64,000 nucleotides of DNA from a virus (Duplodnaviria; Caudoviricetes), in the IMG/VR virus record IMGVR_UViG_2582581314_000001, positions 1 to 64,000 of that record. One strand, 5' to 3'. The notes beneath the pieces were generated by a model. The model was not told where the DNA came from and made no database searches. It saw nothing but the letters and a program-made list of their open reading frames with translations. Below, piece after piece: positions 55,341 to 64,000 of the stretch. Position 1 is the first letter of the stretch. The number at the start of each line of letters is the position of its first letter. The translations under genes were made by a program, and so were the position numbers.

Positions 55341-57055
55341 GCAGCGAGTTCGAAGCGGCTGATCTCCTGGCCGGTGATGCACTCGACGAGCGCGCAGTAG
55401 AGAACCTCGGCGACCGCCGGGGTAACGGCGTTGCCGAGCTGGCGGACCTGGTGCCGCTTCGAGCCGAGGACCTTGTAGCCGGGCCGGAAGGCCATCGCCC
55501 GGTGGATCTCCTTCGGCTGGAGCATGCGAAACAGGATCTCGTCGAGCGTGAAGTTCTTCTTCACCAGCGCATACCGGTCGCGGGTCGGCATGGCCCCGAT
55601 CGGCTGGTCGACCGGGCGGGCCTGCCCGTTGCCGTAGTACGGGACGAGCAGGTGCTCGGGCATGTCCACCAGGCCGTGATGGTTGCCTCCGGCCGAGACC
55701 GTGTGGAGCGGGTGGCCGAGGTGCCGCGCCTTCTCCTTGTCGCCACCGCCGCGCATGGGGACCACGAACGGCGCGTGTGCGATGGCGAGTTCCGCGCGGG
55801 CCGTCTGGGTGCGCATCGGCTCGTCCACCCGCATCGGCTTCTTGCCGGTGCGGCCTTCGCAGGGCACGAGGAAGGGCGGGAAGGCGATGCCGTCGGTCTC
55901 GACCGTTGTGCGGGTCGGCATCGGCACGTCCACGCTGATCGCGTTGTTCCGCCAGGTCCCGCCGGCCGGGACGAGGAGCGGGCCGGGCTCGGCGCCGGGC
56001 TCGGCGTCCATGTCGCCGAACAGCGAGCCTTGGCCGTCTTCTTCGTCCATGCCCCAGCCCCAGTATTGGGCGCCTCCGGCGCGGACGCGGGCGATCGTGG
56101 CCGGGGCGAGGCCCTCGGGGCAGTCGTCCGTCTTCTCCCGGTCGCCGATCGGCGTGCCCAGGATCGAGAAGTCGATGGCCGCTGCTGCCGGGAGGACGGA
56201 GGGCTCAACGATCGCGCGGCAGCGCGCGTTCGGGCACCGGTAGTCGTAGCTCTGGCGGTAGCGCCCCATGTCCTTGCCGGGCTTGCGGAAGACCTGGACG
56301 GCGCGGACCTCTTCGTCGCAGTCGGAGCACCACGCGTCGGGGCGCAGTACCCATTTGTCGAAGTCCGGGTTGCGGCCGATGCTCTCGTGCCAGTAGACGA
56401 AGTACAGCCTGTCCCTGCTTTGTGGGACACGGAGCATGGTGCGCGGGGCGACGTGCATCGAGTTGATGGCGAGGAGCTTCGTGCGGTAGCCCAACTTGTG
56501 GAACTCGCCCACCCACCGGTCCCACTGGTCCCAGTCCCGGCAGTCGATCACGTTCTCGACCACTCCGGCGAGGACCAGGCCGCCGCGGTTGATGACGCCC
56601 CGCAGGTACATCGGGACTTCTTCCATCAGGGCGCGCGAGCGCTCCTCGGCCGCCCGCCGCTCCTTCTCGCTCTTGAACTCCTCCTCTTCGAAGTCGAAGT
56701 CGCCCTGCATGGTGCGGTCGAAGTCGCGTTTGACGCCCCTGGCTGCGCTCCACTTCGGGCATTCCGGGCTCGCCCAGAAGAGCTGGCAGACCGGCCATTT
56801 CTCGACCGGGGCCCGGCGGATGTCGCCCTTCCACACATCGCAGTCCGGGTTGTTCCACGCGTGCGTGGCGAGGGCGACGTCCCAGTGGTTCGCCGCCCGT
56901 GTGACCTGCACGCCGGGTACCGCGTCCCCGCCCTGCGTGTCGCCGCCGGCCCCGCAGAACCAGCTCATGGCGGTCAGCACGCTGCCGTCGTGCTTGTAGG
57001 CGCGTGCCGGACTGCTGGCTGCCCAGGCCTGAGTGGTGGCGTCTATGTAGGGCAC
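55337..57055 (-). CDS. C5-cytosine DNA methyltransferase
   Basis: FCGAGG (I), WASPEC (IV), VENV (VI), PQSRDR (VIII), QLGNAV (X). Confidence 0.92.
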   Translation of the reverse strand: MPYIDATTQAWAASSPARAYKHDGSVLTAMSWFCGAGGDTQGGDAVPGVQVTRAANHWDVALATHAWNNPDCDVWKGDIRRAPVEKWPVCQLFWASPECPKWSAARGVKRDFDRTMQGDFDFEEEEFKSEKERRAAEERSRALMEEVPMYLRGVINRGGLVLAGVVENVIDCRDWDQWDRWVGEFHKLGYRTKLLAINSMHVAPRTMLRVPQSRDRLYFVYWHESIGRNPDFDKWVLRPDAWCSDCDEEVRAVQVFRKPGKDMGRYRQSYDYRCPNARCRAIVEPSVLPAAAAIDFSILGTPIGDREKTDDCPEGLAPATIARVRAGGAQYWGWGMDEEDGQGSLFGDMDAEPGAEPGPLLVPAGGTWRNNAISVDVPMPTRTTVETDGIAFPPFLVPCEGRTGKKPMRVDEPMRTQTARAELAIAHAPFVVPMRGGGDKEKARHLGHPLHTVSAGGNHHGLVDMPEHLLVPYYGNGQARPVDQPIGAMPTRDRYALVKKNFTLDEILFRMLQPKEIHRAMAFRPGYKVLGSKRHQVRQLGNAVTPAVAEVLYCALVECITGQEISRFELAA

Positions 57056-57095
57056 GTCGTTCTCTCCTCGCTGGGGTGGGGGTAGGTGGTGCACT

Positions 57096-57175
57096 CATTC
57101 TTTTCGAATCGGGTTGCCCTAGCCAGTTTTGACAACCCGATTCAGCAAAAGAACTACTAAGAAATCGCAGGTCAG
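57096..57175 (-). repeat. Early hairpin/promoter repeat, copy 3
   Basis: Perfect arms GAATCGGGTTG/CAACCCGATTC. Confidence 0.85.
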
Positions 57176-58068
57176 AAGGTCGCTGGCCGGAAGGGAATCA
57201 GCGGGTGCAGGTCGTCGTCCAGCGCGTACCAGCACCAGTCATGGCCCCCGACCGCGTACCGGCCGACCGTGTTTGGCTGGAGGATCTCAGCGGCCTTCTC
57301 GTGCCACTCGCTGCCCAGGTACATCCAGGAGACGACCAGCACCACCGAGTGGAGCGTGCGGTGGCACGTGCCGAGCAGCGTGCGGTCGACCGTGCCGTCC
57401 AGCACGTGCACGGTGTCCACCGAGCCGTGGCCGAACCTGCGGGCCTCGGCCCGGGTGTCTGCCGCGAGCCGCCGGACGGTGTCGAGGTCGAACCATGGCT
57501 TCACGTACCCGTCGCGCTGGTCGGCGGGGTCCACTTTCGCCGGGTAGCGGTCGCGGTCGTTCGCGCACACCATGACGTCGACCATCGCGCTCAGCGGTGG
57601 GGCCGGGCTGGCTGGGGCGAGGGGGACGGCTGCCGCCCGCAGAAGGTCGAGGCGGTACGCCGGCCGCCCGTTGCGGTCGTCCAGCTCGGAGCACAGTGGG
57701 CGCCAGGTGTCCCGGGTGTCGTCATTCAGGTAGGCCGTCCACTCGCTCATGCCGTGGATGCCGTTCCCGGCCTCGTTCTCACCGACGGCCTCGGTGAAGG
57801 TGCGCTCTCCGCCTGCCGCCGTCCAGTACCGGCCGCTGGGGAACAGTGAGCCGTCCTCTCCTTCAACCAGCTCGACGGCGCTCGCGTCGAACGGGGCGGC
57901 GGGCTCGTGGCCGGTCAGGATGTCGCGGACCGCCGCGGCGGCCGTGACGACCATCGCGCGGCCGAGCCGCTCGTGCGCGGTGTGGGTGGCGTCCAGGGCG
58001 GCGTGCGCGGCGGCGCCGAGGCTGGCGGGGATCTCGTAGGCGGGGCGGGAGGGGGACTGGTCGTTCAT
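57172..58068 (-). CDS. Hypothetical two-domain early protein
   Basis: GAGGA RBS; shares the DP...G...P.F.LD..R.L...T...DT.HV.DG domain with 58098..59042. Confidence 0.7.
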   Translation of the reverse strand: MNDQSPSRPAYEIPASLGAAAHAALDATHTAHERLGRAMVVTAAAAVRDILTGHEPAAPFDASAVELVEGEDGSLFPSGRYWTAAGGERTFTEAVGENEAGNGIHGMSEWTAYLNDDTRDTWRPLCSELDDRNGRPAYRLDLLRAAAVPLAPASPAPPLSAMVDVMVCANDRDRYPAKVDPADQRDGYVKPWFDLDTVRRLAADTRAEARRFGHGSVDTVHVLDGTVDRTLLGTCHRTLHSVVLVVSWMYLGSEWHEKAAEILQPNTVGRYAVGGHDWCWYALDDDLHPLIPFRPATF

Positions 58069-58097
58069 GAGACGTCCTCGTTTCGTGTGGGTGGAGG

Positions 58098-59042
58098 TCA
58101 GTTGGTGCGGGCGGCCGGGAAGGTGATCCGGTACAGGCGGTCGGACTTCTCGTCCGGGACGTGCTCCCATCCGGCTGCGGCGAGGTCGGCCGGGGCGGCG
58201 TTGTCGAGGGCTCGGCGGAGGACTTCGTCGGCCCTGCCGAGGGTCTCGGTGTCGAACGGGCCTGTGTCATCGGCGGTGTCGATCTCGTCCTCGCCGGCGA
58301 CCGAGCAGATCGTTGCGAGGCGGGTGAGGTCGACCAGGGCCGACGTCGCCTCTGGGGCCCGGTCGTGCAGGACGCATGCGGCGGTCCACGTGGCGACGCC
58401 GAGCAGGGTGGCCGGTCGGGTGAGGCCGCACGCGCACTCGGTGTCGTGCCACTCCTCGTAGGTGCCGCAGCGGGGGCACCACCAGGCCTCACTGCTCCAC
58501 GTCCACTCCCAGCCGCCGATGCCGTACAGGCCGTCGCGGTTGGGCTCGATGACGTTGGTGGCGGTGTGGCTCTCCTCGGCCCACTGCCAGCGGACGTGGA
58601 CGACGACCGTGCGGGTCTCGCCCTTGCCGTTGGGCTTGCGTCGGCGGGCTGCCTTGCGGGCGGCCCGGGTGGCGACGGCGATCGTGGTGGCCTGCTCGGC
58701 TCCCTTGTCCAGGTCTCGCCAGTTGATGCGGATGGCTATGGCGAGCGGCTCGGGGTCCTGGTCGTCGTCCTCGTCGTCCGTGCTGCGCTTCACGTCGCTC
58801 TGGATGATGTGGACGGTGTCCCGGCTGTCCGCGCGGCCGTCGATGACGTGGATCGTGTCGACGCAGTCGTAACCGTCCTTCTGGGCCATGCGGATCGTCT
58901 GGGCGGACAGCTCGCGGGCGACGTCCAGCGTGAAGTAGGGGCTCATCCAGCCGTTCCACCGGTTACGGGGGTCCAGCTGGCATGCGAAGGGGCCGAGGAA
59001 CTCGTCAAGGTGGACGCGGCTCGCGATCATCTCGTGGCGCAT
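58098..59042 (-). CDS. Hypothetical multi-domain early protein
   Basis: WNGWMSPYFTLD; Zn ribbon CPRC...CAC. Confidence 0.7.
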   Translation of the reverse strand: MRHEMIASRVHLDEFLGPFACQLDPRNRWNGWMSPYFTLDVARELSAQTIRMAQKDGYDCVDTIHVIDGRADSRDTVHIIQSDVKRSTDDEDDDQDPEPLAIAIRINWRDLDKGAEQATTIAVATRAARKAARRRKPNGKGETRTVVVHVRWQWAEESHTATNVIEPNRDGLYGIGGWEWTWSSEAWWCPRCGTYEEWHDTECACGLTRPATLLGVATWTAACVLHDRAPEATSALVDLTRLATICSVAGEDEIDTADDTGPFDTETLGRADEVLRRALDNAAPADLAAAGWEHVPDEKSDRLYRITFPAARTN

Positions 59043-59123
59043 GGTGGTTCGCTCCGTTCGGATGTGAGTCCGGCCGGGACCCCGTGGGGTCCCGGCCGGT
59101 TGGTCGTGCTGAGCAGGGCGGTC

Positions 59124-59306
59124 TCAGTCGCTGCCCTGCGTGGGGTTGATGGCCGTCGTGTGGTCGTGGCCGGTCTGCTCGCGGTCGTGTTGCATGCCCC
59201 TGGAGCAGGTGGCGAGGTGCCCGGCCCATCCCTGCTGGGGGCCGTCGGGGATGACGCGGTAGACGAAGCAGCGGCGGTCGCAGAAGTTGCAGTAGGTGCC
59301 AGCCAT
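59124..59306 (-). CDS. Small Cys/His protein
   Basis: AGGAGG RBS; YCNFCDRRC...HLATC. Confidence 0.6.
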   Translation of the reverse strand: MAGTYCNFCDRRCFVYRVIPDGPQQGWAGHLATCSRGMQHDREQTGHDHTTAINPTQGSD

Positions 59307-59329
59307 GGCGTCCTCCTTGTGTCCGGCGG

Positions 59330-59740
59330 TCAGAAGAGGGAGGGCGGCGGGGTCGCCGGCTTGGAGCCGAGTTCGGGGATCTCCTCGCCGGTCTGCTCCA
59401 GCCACCAGCGCGCGAACTGCGTCCGGTGGCACCAGTTGCCCGGCTTGTCGAGCTTGTCGAAGCAGAGCAGGACGAGCCGGGCGCCGCCGTTGCGAGCGGC
59501 CAGGCCGGCCAGCTCGGCGTGGACGCGGTCGATGCCGTGGCCGTTCAGCAGGCGCCGGTAGCTGAACTCGTACGCATCCTCGGGGAGGTTGGCGGCGAGC
59601 AGGTCGCGGGTGGGCGTGATGAGCTGGGCGTGGCCGGCCAGGTGGTAGCCGAGCGGCCAGCGAGGGTTGCCTGCGGTGCTGCGGATCGGAGCGCCCATGC
59701 TGGGCGTGAACTCCTGGTAGGTGCAGGTGGCGAGATCCAT
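59330..59740 (-). CDS. DUF488-like protein
   Basis: LVLLCFD......WCHR...A.W. Confidence 0.65.
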   Translation of the reverse strand: MDLATCTYQEFTPSMGAPIRSTAGNPRWPLGYHLAGHAQLITPTRDLLAANLPEDAYEFSYRRLLNGHGIDRVHAELAGLAARNGGARLVLLCFDKLDKPGNWCHRTQFARWWLEQTGEEIPELGSKPATPPPSLF

Positions 59741-59807
59741 TCCCGTCCTTTCCGGGTGTGGGCTAGTGGTGGAGGAGGGGGCCGCCTGGGCGGCCCCCTG
59801 TTGGGTG

Positions 59808-60035
59808 TCAGCCGTTGCAGATGCAGGTCTCGCGGTTGAAGGGCTCGGCGTCGTAGAGCCGGTTCGAGAGCCGCATGACCTTGGCGAAGAGCTGGCACAG
59901 GTCCGCGTTTTCGTCCTTCCTCTCCTGACTGGTGAGGGTGTGGCGGAGCCAGGGGAGGACCAGGGCCATTTCCTCTCGGGTGAGGACGAAGAGGTCCCCG
60001 TTATTGATCTTCTTGATGATGTCCGCGTTTTCCAT
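59808..60035 (-). CDS. Small hypothetical protein
   Basis: First gene after repeat copy 4. Confidence 0.5.
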   Translation of the reverse strand: MENADIIKKINNGDLFVLTREEMALVLPWLRHTLTSQERKDENADLCQLFAKVMRLSNRLYDAEPFNRETCICNG

Positions 60036-60074
60036 GGCCCTGGCCTTTCCTGGGGTGGTTTGTGGTGCTACCTA

Positions 60075-60153
60075 CATTCTTTCCAAATCAGCTTGTCCTA
60101 GCCAGTTTTAACAACCTGATTTGGCGAAGAAGATCTAAAAAAGTCCAGGTCAG
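60075..60153 (-). repeat. Early hairpin/promoter repeat, copy 4
   Basis: Arms CAAATCAGCTTG/CAACCTGATTTG, same loop core. Confidence 0.8.
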
Positions 60154-60977
60154 GTGAGCGCGAACAGGTCGAGCTGTCGGGGCTGGCGCTGGTGCCAGCC
60201 GTGGGTCGGCAGGGGGCCGCCGGTCTCGGCGTCGACGACCAGGAGCACGGTGCGCACGCTGGTCCCGGACGGCGCGAACGACTCGGCGGGCAGCGGGATG
60301 AACTCCCCCTCGGCGAGGGCGATCAGCTCGCGGAACTCGACGGTCGCCCGGTCGCTGTGCCACATGACCGACTCGGGCATGACCGCGATGAGCGTGCCGT
60401 CGTCGTCGAGGAACCCGAACCCGTGGATGGTGTGCTGCACGGCCGCCGCGAAGGGAGGGTTCATCAGCACCCGGCGGTAGCCGTGCGGGCAGTCGAGCGG
60501 GTCGAGGTCGAGGAAGTCCGCCTCGACCACGCGGCGGGCGGCGCCCTGTTCGCGGAGGACGCGCACGCGCCGCTCGTCGATCTCCACGCAGTCGACGACC
60601 GCGCCGCGTCCGGCCGCCGGCCCCACGATGGAGCCGGTACCGGCCGACGGCTCAAGGACGCTCATGCCCTGCTTGATGTTCGCGTGCTCCAGGATGTCGT
60701 GCACGACGCGCGGCGGTGTCGGGTACCAGCCCTGCTCGTACCGGCTGGGGAACTCGCGGGTGGCGAGGCAGGCCCGCATGAACTCCTCGACGGGGAACGG
60801 GAAGACGTGGGCGCGAACCGCGTTGCGGCCGTCCCACCGGCCGCCGATCTCCTTCAGGACCTTGTTCACCTGCTCGTACTGGGCGCGGTCCAGCTCGAAC
60901 GGGATCTGAACCCGCTCGCCGCTGACGACCGTGCGGTTGTCGGTGAGGACGTCGTAGACGCCGCTTGGGATCTCCAT
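60150..60977 (-). CDS. Amino (N6-adenine-type) DNA methyltransferase
   Basis: WYPTP, VLEPSAGTG, MNPPF; C-terminal QLDLF. Confidence 0.85.
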   Translation of the reverse strand: MEIPSGVYDVLTDNRTVVSGERVQIPFELDRAQYEQVNKVLKEIGGRWDGRNAVRAHVFPFPVEEFMRACLATREFPSRYEQGWYPTPPRVVHDILEHANIKQGMSVLEPSAGTGSIVGPAAGRGAVVDCVEIDERRVRVLREQGAARRVVEADFLDLDPLDCPHGYRRVLMNPPFAAAVQHTIHGFGFLDDDGTLIAVMPESVMWHSDRATVEFRELIALAEGEFIPLPAESFAPSGTSVRTVLLVVDAETGGPLPTHGWHQRQPRQLDLFALT

Positions 60978-61027
60978 GAGGGCCCCTCCGAGGGGTTGGT
61001 ATGTCGGGCCACTGAACGGGGCTTAGG

Positions 61028-61327
61028 TCAGTAGAGGTGGCCGATGATCTCGGCGACCGCGCGGGCGATGGTGTCGAGTTCGTCGGTCGGCTTGACCGGC
61101 AGCGGGAGGGCGTCGCCCCGCTGGTCGTTGCGGACGAACAGCTCGCCGGTCGGGTTGGCGCCGATCGTGAACGGGGTGCGGTCCCAGCCGCGCAGGTGGC
61201 CGGTCACGGCCCAGGGGCCGGGTTCGGCGCCCCACTGGTCGCCGAGGTGATTGAGGGAGGCCTTCGCGATGTCGTACGGCGTGAACGGGGGAACCGGTTG
61301 CTCGTGGTAGCTGACGGGGTGCTGCAT
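61028..61327 (-). CDS. Hypothetical protein
   Basis: AGGAG RBS; W.AEPGPW.VTG.L. Confidence 0.6.
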   Translation of the reverse strand: MQHPVSYHEQPVPPFTPYDIAKASLNHLGDQWGAEPGPWAVTGHLRGWDRTPFTIGANPTGELFVRNDQRGDALPLPVKPTDELDTIARAVAEIIGHLY

Positions 61328-61400
61328 GGCTGCTGTCTCCTGGGCGTGTTGAAAGGGAGGCGCACCGCGCGTTGGGCGGTGCGCCGTGGGCGGGTTGGGG

Positions 61401-62603
61401 TCAGGCGGCGGCCTCGGCGCCGACCTCGACATCGGCCTCGGCATCGGGGTTGACCGTCAGGCCGCTGGCGCGGACCTCGGCGACCATCTCCGCCTTGCGG
61501 AGGTTCGCCATCGCCTTGGTCGCGATGTCCTGGAGGTGCTTGATGCGCAGGCGGTGACCGCCGATGCCGCCGGGCGTACCGGCGAGGAGCAGGGCCAGCT
61601 CCTCCGGGTCCGTGGCCGCGAGCAGCGAGAGGATCTCGCCGGCCTGCCCGAGCTTGTCGACCTTGCCGACGAGCTTGGCGCGGTCGGCGATGATCCGCTC
61701 GCGCTCATCGTCGGGCAGGTCGAGGGTGCCCGGGAGGGCGTCCTGCCCGTTGTCCTTGCGGGCGGCGGCGGCCTCCTCGGAGAGGACGAAGAACGAGCCC
61801 TGCTGCTCCTGGCGCTTCTCCTCGTCGTGGAGGGCCTGCGCGAAGGCCTCGGCGTCGCGGGCGCTCTTGAAGTCGCCGCGCACCCACTTGGCGAGGAATC
61901 GGACCTGGTTGTCCTGGGCGAGCTTGCCGACGTACCAGGCGAGGCCGACCGGCAGCTGGTTCTTGACGAGGGCCTCCTGCGCGGCCGGGCACAGGCGCAG
62001 CAGGTCGATGCGCCACTGGACGTAGGCGGCGCTCTTGCCGACGAGTTCGGCGACCTCATCCACCGTGTATCCGGGCTCGACCTGCTTGCCGTCCTCGTCC
62101 ATGAGGCCGTCTACGAGCTTCTTGAAGCCCTTCGCCTCCTCGATGGCGGTCATGTTCTCGCGGCCGACGTTCTCGGCGACGGCCTTCGCGAACGTCTCAA
62201 GCCCGTCGCCTGCGCCGTGCAGGACGACCGCCTGCATCTGGGGCAGCTCGGCGATCTGGGCGGCCCGCCACCTGCGCTCGCCCATGACGAGCGTGAACCG
62301 CTTCGTCTCCGGGATGTACCGGACGGTGATCGGCTGGAGCTGGCCCAGCTTCTTCATGGACTTGGCCAGCTCCTGAAGGGAGGCCTCGTCGAAGTGCTCG
62401 CGCGGCTGGCCCGGGTCGCGGTCGATCTTGCTGGTCGGGATCGTCCGCAGCTGCGTCCGCTTCTCGTCGCCGGCCTGCTTGGGGGCTGCCTGCTTGGGGG
62501 CGGCCGTCTTAGTCGCCGCGGTGGTCTTACGGGCGCGCGACTTGGCGGCCGGGGCCTTCTTGGGGGCGGCCTTGGTGGTGGTCTCGGTGGCGGTGGCGGT
62601 CAC
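61401..62603 (-). CDS. parB: ParB/RepB/Spo0J-family protein with a Lys/Ala-rich N-terminus
   Basis: QPREHFD, GQLQPITVR, GERRWRAA, ENV.RE.M..IEEA, HTH. Confidence 0.9.
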   Translation of the reverse strand: MTATATETTTKAAPKKAPAAKSRARKTTAATKTAAPKQAAPKQAGDEKRTQLRTIPTSKIDRDPGQPREHFDEASLQELAKSMKKLGQLQPITVRYIPETKRFTLVMGERRWRAAQIAELPQMQAVVLHGAGDGLETFAKAVAENVGRENMTAIEEAKGFKKLVDGLMDEDGKQVEPGYTVDEVAELVGKSAAYVQWRIDLLRLCPAAQEALVKNQLPVGLAWYVGKLAQDNQVRFLAKWVRGDFKSARDAEAFAQALHDEEKRQEQQGSFFVLSEEAAAARKDNGQDALPGTLDLPDDERERIIADRAKLVGKVDKLGQAGEILSLLAATDPEELALLLAGTPGGIGGHRLRIKHLQDIATKAMANLRKAEMVAEVRASGLTVNPDAEADVEVGAEAAA

Positions 62604-62635
62604 GTCATGTCCCTTCGGGGGGTGTGGGGTGGTTT

Positions 62636-62724
62636 GAACTACTTTCATTCTTTCCGAATCAACTTGCCCTAGCCAGTTTTGACAAGCAGTTTTGGCAAAA
62701 GAACTTCTATGAAAGCGCAGGTCA
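62636..62724 (-). repeat. Early hairpin/promoter repeat, copy 5
   Basis: Same core CCCTAGCCAGTT and CGCAGGTCA end. Confidence 0.8.
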
Positions 62725-62735
62725 ATGGCGTCGTG

Positions 62736-63785
62736 TCAGGCAGCCTCGGGGACCATGCCGAGGAGTTCCTGGGTGCGGCCGAGGGCGTACGCGATGGCCA
62801 TCTGGGCTTGGACGTCGTCTCGGCGCTCGACCATGGCTCGGCGGTGCTCGATGGCCCGGGGCCAGAGGTCGCCTTCGTGGAGGGTGTCGCCGCACGCCAC
62901 CATGGCCTTCGGGCCGAGCCCCCAGACGATCATGTTGACGGCGCATCCGGCTGCGGCGATCGGGTCGAGCTCCTGGGCGAACCACGTGTAGTTCACCGGG
63001 TCCAAGCCCATGGACCGAAAGTGCTGGGCTGCGGACCGGATCATGCCGCCGGTTCCGGCGCACGGGTCGAGGAGCGAGTAGCCCTCGTGGATCTCGTCCG
63101 GGTTCCGGCCGATGATCTGCGTGGCCATCATGTCGCAGACCTCCGGCGGGGTGTGGTACTCGCCGAGCCCTTCACGGGCCGACTTGTGCCGCAGGTTCGT
63201 GACGGTCCACGACATGAGGTCCACCCAGCTGTTCATCTCGGGGTCCTCGCGCCCGGTGTGGTCGAGAGCGTTGGCGTCCAGGGCCGCATGGAACGTGTCG
63301 CGTACGGCGTGCAGTTCGTTTGTGGTGAGCTCCCCTTCGGCCCAGGAGAACAGGGCCGAGGCGGTGTCGATGAGGTCGGGGCGGCGCATCCACCAGTAGG
63401 CGGCGACCTCGCGGACGCACTGGAGCAGCTGGGGGGTGTCGAGGCTGCGGAAGAACTTGGCCAGGGTCCGCGGGTATCCCTTCTGCGGCCAGAGCGCGAG
63501 GGTGGCGACGACACCCATGGGGATCTCCATGCGGGTGCCGCCGTAGGCGCGGTACCAGGCGGAGGCGACGGCCTCGCCGAAGGTGGCGCCGTCGGCGGGG
63601 TTCAGCGTGAACTCGGGGGCGCGGCGGCGGCTGGTGGGCTCGGTTGCGGTGCTGGCCGGCTCCTTGGGCTTAGGCGGGGCGGGCGCCCACTGGCCTGCCG
63701 TCGGCTTGGGGAGGGTGATCGCCGTTTCGGGCTTGGGGGGTTCGGGCTCATTGCCGAGCTCGGCGAACAGGTCGAGTTGCTGCAT
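62736..63785 (-). CDS. HsdM-like N6-MTase-family protein lacking the NPP(Y/F) catalytic motif
   Basis: GEYHTPPEV, LDPCAGTGGM, QELDP, CGDTL, then ends without NPPY; N-terminal QLDLF. Confidence 0.75.
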   Translation of the reverse strand: MQQLDLFAELGNEPEPPKPETAITLPKPTAGQWAPAPPKPKEPASTATEPTSRRRAPEFTLNPADGATFGEAVASAWYRAYGGTRMEIPMGVVATLALWPQKGYPRTLAKFFRSLDTPQLLQCVREVAAYWWMRRPDLIDTASALFSWAEGELTTNELHAVRDTFHAALDANALDHTGREDPEMNSWVDLMSWTVTNLRHKSAREGLGEYHTPPEVCDMMATQIIGRNPDEIHEGYSLLDPCAGTGGMIRSAAQHFRSMGLDPVNYTWFAQELDPIAAAGCAVNMIVWGLGPKAMVACGDTLHEGDLWPRAIEHRRAMVERRDDVQAQMAIAYALGRTQELLGMVPEAA

Positions 63786-63820
63786 CGCGGTTGCCTCCGT
63801 GGGCGCGTTCGGGGATGAGT

Positions 63821-63868
63821 CCGGCCCGGTGCTCGGGGCGCTTGAGAGCGCCCCGAGCACCGGGCCGG
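63821..63868. terminator. 22-bp stem hairpin
   Basis: ccggcccggtgctcggggcgct-tgag-agcgccccgagcaccgggccgg. Confidence 0.6.
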
Positions 63869-63915
63869 GTGGGGTGGGTGGCCGGGCGGTTACCGCCGGG
63901 CCGGGCGAGTTGGGG

Positions 63916-64000
63916 TCAGGGACGGGCCAGGCGGTCCCGCATCTCCGCGACGGTCAGGCGGGCAGTCATGTGCGGCACGACCGCCTCGATCTCGTCGAGG
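63916..64000 (-). CDS. 3' end of a gene starting outside the window
   Basis: Open frame LDEIEAVVPHMTARLTVAEMRDRLARP*. Confidence 0.45.
   Translation of the reverse strand, partial: LDEIEAVVPHMTARLTVAEMRDRLARP

Larger units (their letters stand above)
4289..64000 (-). mobile_element. Siphovirus-like prophage or phage-plasmid (ends not defined)
   Basis: Complete co-oriented packaging-head-tail-lysis module with early MTase/ParB genes; no integrase or att site seen. Confidence 0.85.

Noticed and set aside
54691-62724. Early repeats as integron attC sites
   Set aside because: No integron integrase and no RYYYAAC/GTTRRRY ends; the fixed 17-nt promoter-like spacing fits better.

Overview
High-GC actinomycete (Streptomyces-like) window occupied almost entirely by a large siphovirus-like prophage or phage-plasmid read on the minus strand. 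From right to left it has an early region (three DNA methyltransferase-family genes, ParB, ComM-N-domain proteins, five copies of a ~85 bp hairpin/promoter repeat), then an atypical tRNA-Gly, an MTase/GNAT(Mom-like) fusion plus a ParB-like gene, terminase, portal, a MuF-2H-phosphoesterase fusion, major capsid, Cys-rich repeat proteins, virion-operon glycosyltransferases, tail, lysis and Ku genes. An XRE/GNAT/ATP-binding regulatory cluster lies at the left end. Several morons (HNH+HEPN, P-loop NTPase, RosmerTA-like pair, PIN) are inserted between structural modules. Best candidates for undescribed biology: (1) a tRNA-Gly(UCC) with non-proteinogenic features that appears to have been directly upstream of the MTase-GNAT DNA-modification gene; (2) a 21-nt covarying hairpin just downstream of a -10 box in front of ten late genes; (3) two further covarying hairpin families in the early region. 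No integrase or att site is visible. All product calls come from motif recognition by eye, not from database searches.
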